Shown here: positions 61,965 to 64,000 of the stretch, one piece after another | Layout: every line of letters begins with the position of its first letter | Numbering within the stretch: position 1 is the stretch's first letter | Source: Elusimicrobiota bacterium | GTDB taxonomy: Bacteria; Elusimicrobiota; Elusimicrobia; F11 | Direction of reading: 5' to 3' | Length of the DNA stretch: 64,000 nucleotides | Assembly (NCBI GenBank): GCA_022072025.1 | Contig: JAJVIP010000011.1 | Location: 81,200 to 145,199, forward strand | Notes under the pieces: generated by a model | Told to the model about the DNA's origin: nothing | The model's input: only the letters and a program-made list of their open reading frames with translations | Database searches by the model: none | Program-made: the position numbers and the translations under genes

Positions 61965-62019
61965 GGTTGGCTCTTATCAAAAAGTGCTTTCTTTAGGCAA
62001 AACCGGTTTTTTTGTCAAG

Positions 62020-62118
62020 GGCAGCCCTTCGGGCTGCCACTTTTCCGGGGCTTGTATCCCCGGAAAAGTACCGCGGTAAGGTAACCCCGGACTTACATCC
62101 GGGGCTTCGGCCGCAGTG
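62020..62118. repeat. Cluster of three GC-rich hairpins (REP-like)
   Basis: GGCAGCCC/GGGCTGCC; ACTTTTCCGGGG/CCCCGGAAAAGT; CCCCGGA/TCCGGGG. Confidence 0.65.
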
Positions 62119-62160
62119 ATTTGGTAAGGAGCGCTTGGTTCATTTCTTATAATGCGCCTC

Positions 62161-63342
62161 ATGCAAAATGTTGACGAATCAGTTTCTAGAATTCTTCGCG
62201 GAACAACCCATGTGGTGTCTGAAGGAGAACTTCGTGAAAAATTAAAAAAAGGTCGCCCGTTGCGAGTCAAATTGGGCGTGGATCCCACAGCTCCCGATAT
62301 TCATTTGGGCCACACCGTGGTTCTCTCCAAGTTAAAGACCTTTCAAGATTTGGGCCACACCGTCGTCTTTATCATTGGTGATTTCACGGCCGCCATTGGC
62401 GACCCTTCTGGCCGCGACACCACGCGCCCCCCTCTCTCCGAGCAAATGATCAATGACAATATTCAGACCTACACCGATCAAGTCTTTAAAGTCCTCAACA
62501 AAGACAAAACCGAGGTTCGCTACAACGGCGAATGGCTCTATGACTTATTTGATCGTTCCAATCCCGCCTTTATGCCGAAAACCATTTTGAGAAACCACAC
62601 TGTTCAGCAGCTCATGGAGCGAGACGATTTTGCTCAACGTCGAAAAGCCGGGCAACCCATTTCGCTTTTGGAGCTCATGTATCCCCTTTTCCAGGGGTAT
62701 GATTCGGTGGCGGTCAAAGCCGATGTGGAACTGGGGGGGCATGATCAATTGTTCAACCTTTTGATGGGGCGGCAAATGCAAAAGGATGCCCAGCAGGAAC
62801 CCCAAGTGGTCTTAACACTGCCTCTTCTTGAAGGCTTGGATGGAGTTCGAAAAATGTCCAAATCCTACGGCAATCATGTGGGCGTGAAAGACCCTCAGGA
62901 TCAAATGTTTGGAAAACTTATGTCTATATCAGACCAGCTCATGTGGAAATATTTTGAGCTTTTAACCGAAGAAAATTTGGATGAAGTCAAAAAATTACAT
63001 CCCATGGAAGCCAAAAAACATTTGGCGGGGCTCGTGGTGACACGATTTCATGGAGAAGGGGCGGGAAAAAGCGCCAGGGAAAATTTTGAACAGATCTTTT
63101 CTAAAAAAGAAAATCCCGATGAAATGGAAGAGTTTCGGTTCACTTCCAAAGAAATGGACGCCGTTGAGTTGATTGTGGCGGCGAAGTTGGCTTCTTCAAA
63201 AAATGAAGCCAGACGCCTCGTGGAACAGGGCGGGGTGCAATTGGATGGTCAACGCGTCAACTTGGGAGAAAAAATTACCGTTTCGGTCCCAGGCGTGCTA
63301 AAAGTGGGAAAAAGAAAATTTAAGAAGTTGATACCTTTATAG
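62161..63342 (+). CDS. tyrS: Tyrosine-tRNA ligase
   Basis: GVDPTAPDIHLGH, GGHDQLFN, KMSKS, C-terminal S4-like domain. Confidence 0.97.
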   Translation: MQNVDESVSRILRGTTHVVSEGELREKLKKGRPLRVKLGVDPTAPDIHLGHTVVLSKLKTFQDLGHTVVFIIGDFTAAIGDPSGRDTTRPPLSEQMINDNIQTYTDQVFKVLNKDKTEVRYNGEWLYDLFDRSNPAFMPKTILRNHTVQQLMERDDFAQRRKAGQPISLLELMYPLFQGYDSVAVKADVELGGHDQLFNLLMGRQMQKDAQQEPQVVLTLPLLEGLDGVRKMSKSYGNHVGVKDPQDQMFGKLMSISDQLMWKYFELLTEENLDEVKKLHPMEAKKHLAGLVVTRFHGEGAGKSARENFEQIFSKKENPDEMEEFRFTSKEMDAVELIVAAKLASSKNEARRLVEQGGVQLDGQRVNLGEKITVSVPGVLKVGKRKFKKLIPL

Positions 63343-63403
63343 GAGTAGATTATGAAATGGAATCGTGGGATCTTGTTTGTATGCGAAGAAATGTTTGAGG
63401 GTC

Positions 63404-63579
63404 GCCGTCGCCCCGGCCTAGCTTTTAAGTGGAATGATGGTTGGCAAGTGTATAAGCCGGGGCCCAGTCGTTCCGGCAGAAGGTGTGATGGGATCACCTC
63501 CCTCTTGGGAGAGACTGGGTCCCGGCTTATACTCTTCTCAGCGCACACATCCTTTAAAAAATGGGCCGGGACGACGGCC
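63404..63579 (+). ncRNA. About 176-nt rod-shaped structured element (copy B); 6S-like shape, but homologous to the repeat in livK
   Basis: Outer stem GCCGTCG-C-CCCGGCCTA / TGGGCCGGG-A-CGACGGC, central bubble, inner 20-bp stem GTATAAGCCGGGGCCCAGTC / GACTGGGTCCCGGCTTATAC; G-U pairs favour the + strand. Confidence 0.55.
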
Positions 63580-63617
63580 ATGCTTGATCCCTTGTTGGGT
63601 TGCAGCGGAGTTGTGCT

Positions 63618-64000
63618 ATGAATCCGTTGGTTGAATTGGGGTCACAAAAACAAAGTTTCTGGTTGGATTTTATACGGCGTAGTTTGCTCACCAGTGGCGC
63701 CTTAAAGAAAATGGTGGTCGAAGATGGCTTGCGGGGCATGACCTCCAATCCCACTATTTTTGAAAAGGCCATCTCCTCAGGCAGCGAATATGACGCTGAT
63801 TTGAAGAAGCTGGCTCTGAAGGGATTATCGACTGAAGAAATTTTTGAAAACATCGCCGTGAAAGATATCCAGATGGCCGCGGACATATTAAAAACGGTTT
63901 ATAAATCAAGTGGGGGGACCGATGGTTTTGTCAGTTTGGAAGTCAACCCCGACTTGGCGTACAACACCCAGGCCACCGTGGCCCAAGCGAAACATCTATT
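63618..64000 (+). CDS. tal: Transaldolase, possibly a Tal-Pgi fusion (runs off the right edge; not in the ORF track)
   Basis: Manual translation MNPLVELGSQKQSFWLDFIRR...GLRGMTSNPTIFEKAI...DGFVSLEVNP. Confidence 0.92.
   Translation, partial: MNPLVELGSQKQSFWLDFIRRSLLTSGALKKMVVEDGLRGMTSNPTIFEKAISSGSEYDADLKKLALKGLSTEEIFENIAVKDIQMAADILKTVYKSSGGTDGFVSLEVNPDLAYNTQATVAQAKHL

Noticed and set aside
62040..62160. T-box riboswitch upstream of tyrS (GTACCGCG resembles the T-box tail)
   Set aside because: The essential UGGN bulge is absent, there is no stem I/specifier or terminator, and a TATAAT lies downstream, 7 nt before the ATG.
63404..63579. Firm call as 6S RNA or RNase P RNA (CCCGGCTTAT resembles the rnpB 3' end)
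   Set aside because: It is too short for rnpB and lacks GAGGAAAGTCC. 6S is not excluded, but the arms are shared with another copy inside livK and the usual zapA/ygfA context is absent.

Overview
Bacterial replication-origin region. The core is rpmH-yidD-yidC-mnmE on the minus strand and dnaA-oriC-dnaN-recF-dciA-gyrB-gyrA on the plus strand, followed by ordinary housekeeping genes (tRNA-Ser, greA, def, asd, rplM-rpsI, HU, hom-thrC, livKHMGF, cinA, rsmA, tyrS, tal) and a perfect parS palindrome. The lineage may be Elusimicrobiota-like; this is an inference from the giant-protein architecture and was not checked. Main unusual points: (1) rpmH and dnaA are separated by a 4047-aa multi-module membrane protein (ChaN/TIKI-like N-domain, degenerate M50-like segment, internal GlmS-like amidotransferase, LEPR-XLL-like motif, HlyD-like region) and a GAF-ANTAR gene. 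(2) The GAF-ANTAR gene has a complete ANTAR dual-hairpin/terminator leader, which places an RNA antitermination switch directly upstream of dnaA. (3) A PAS histidine kinase carries a C-terminal, probably inactive thermonuclease domain behind a hydrophobic helix, in an operon with a Cas4/AddB-like nuclease and a uracil-DNA glycosylase. (4) A family of homologous palindromic elements occurs once between genes and twice in-frame inside genes (livK signal peptide, rsmA). (5) rnpA is absent from the rpmH-yidD cluster. No CRISPR array, rRNA, integrase or transposase was seen. All calls come from reading motifs by eye; no searches were run.
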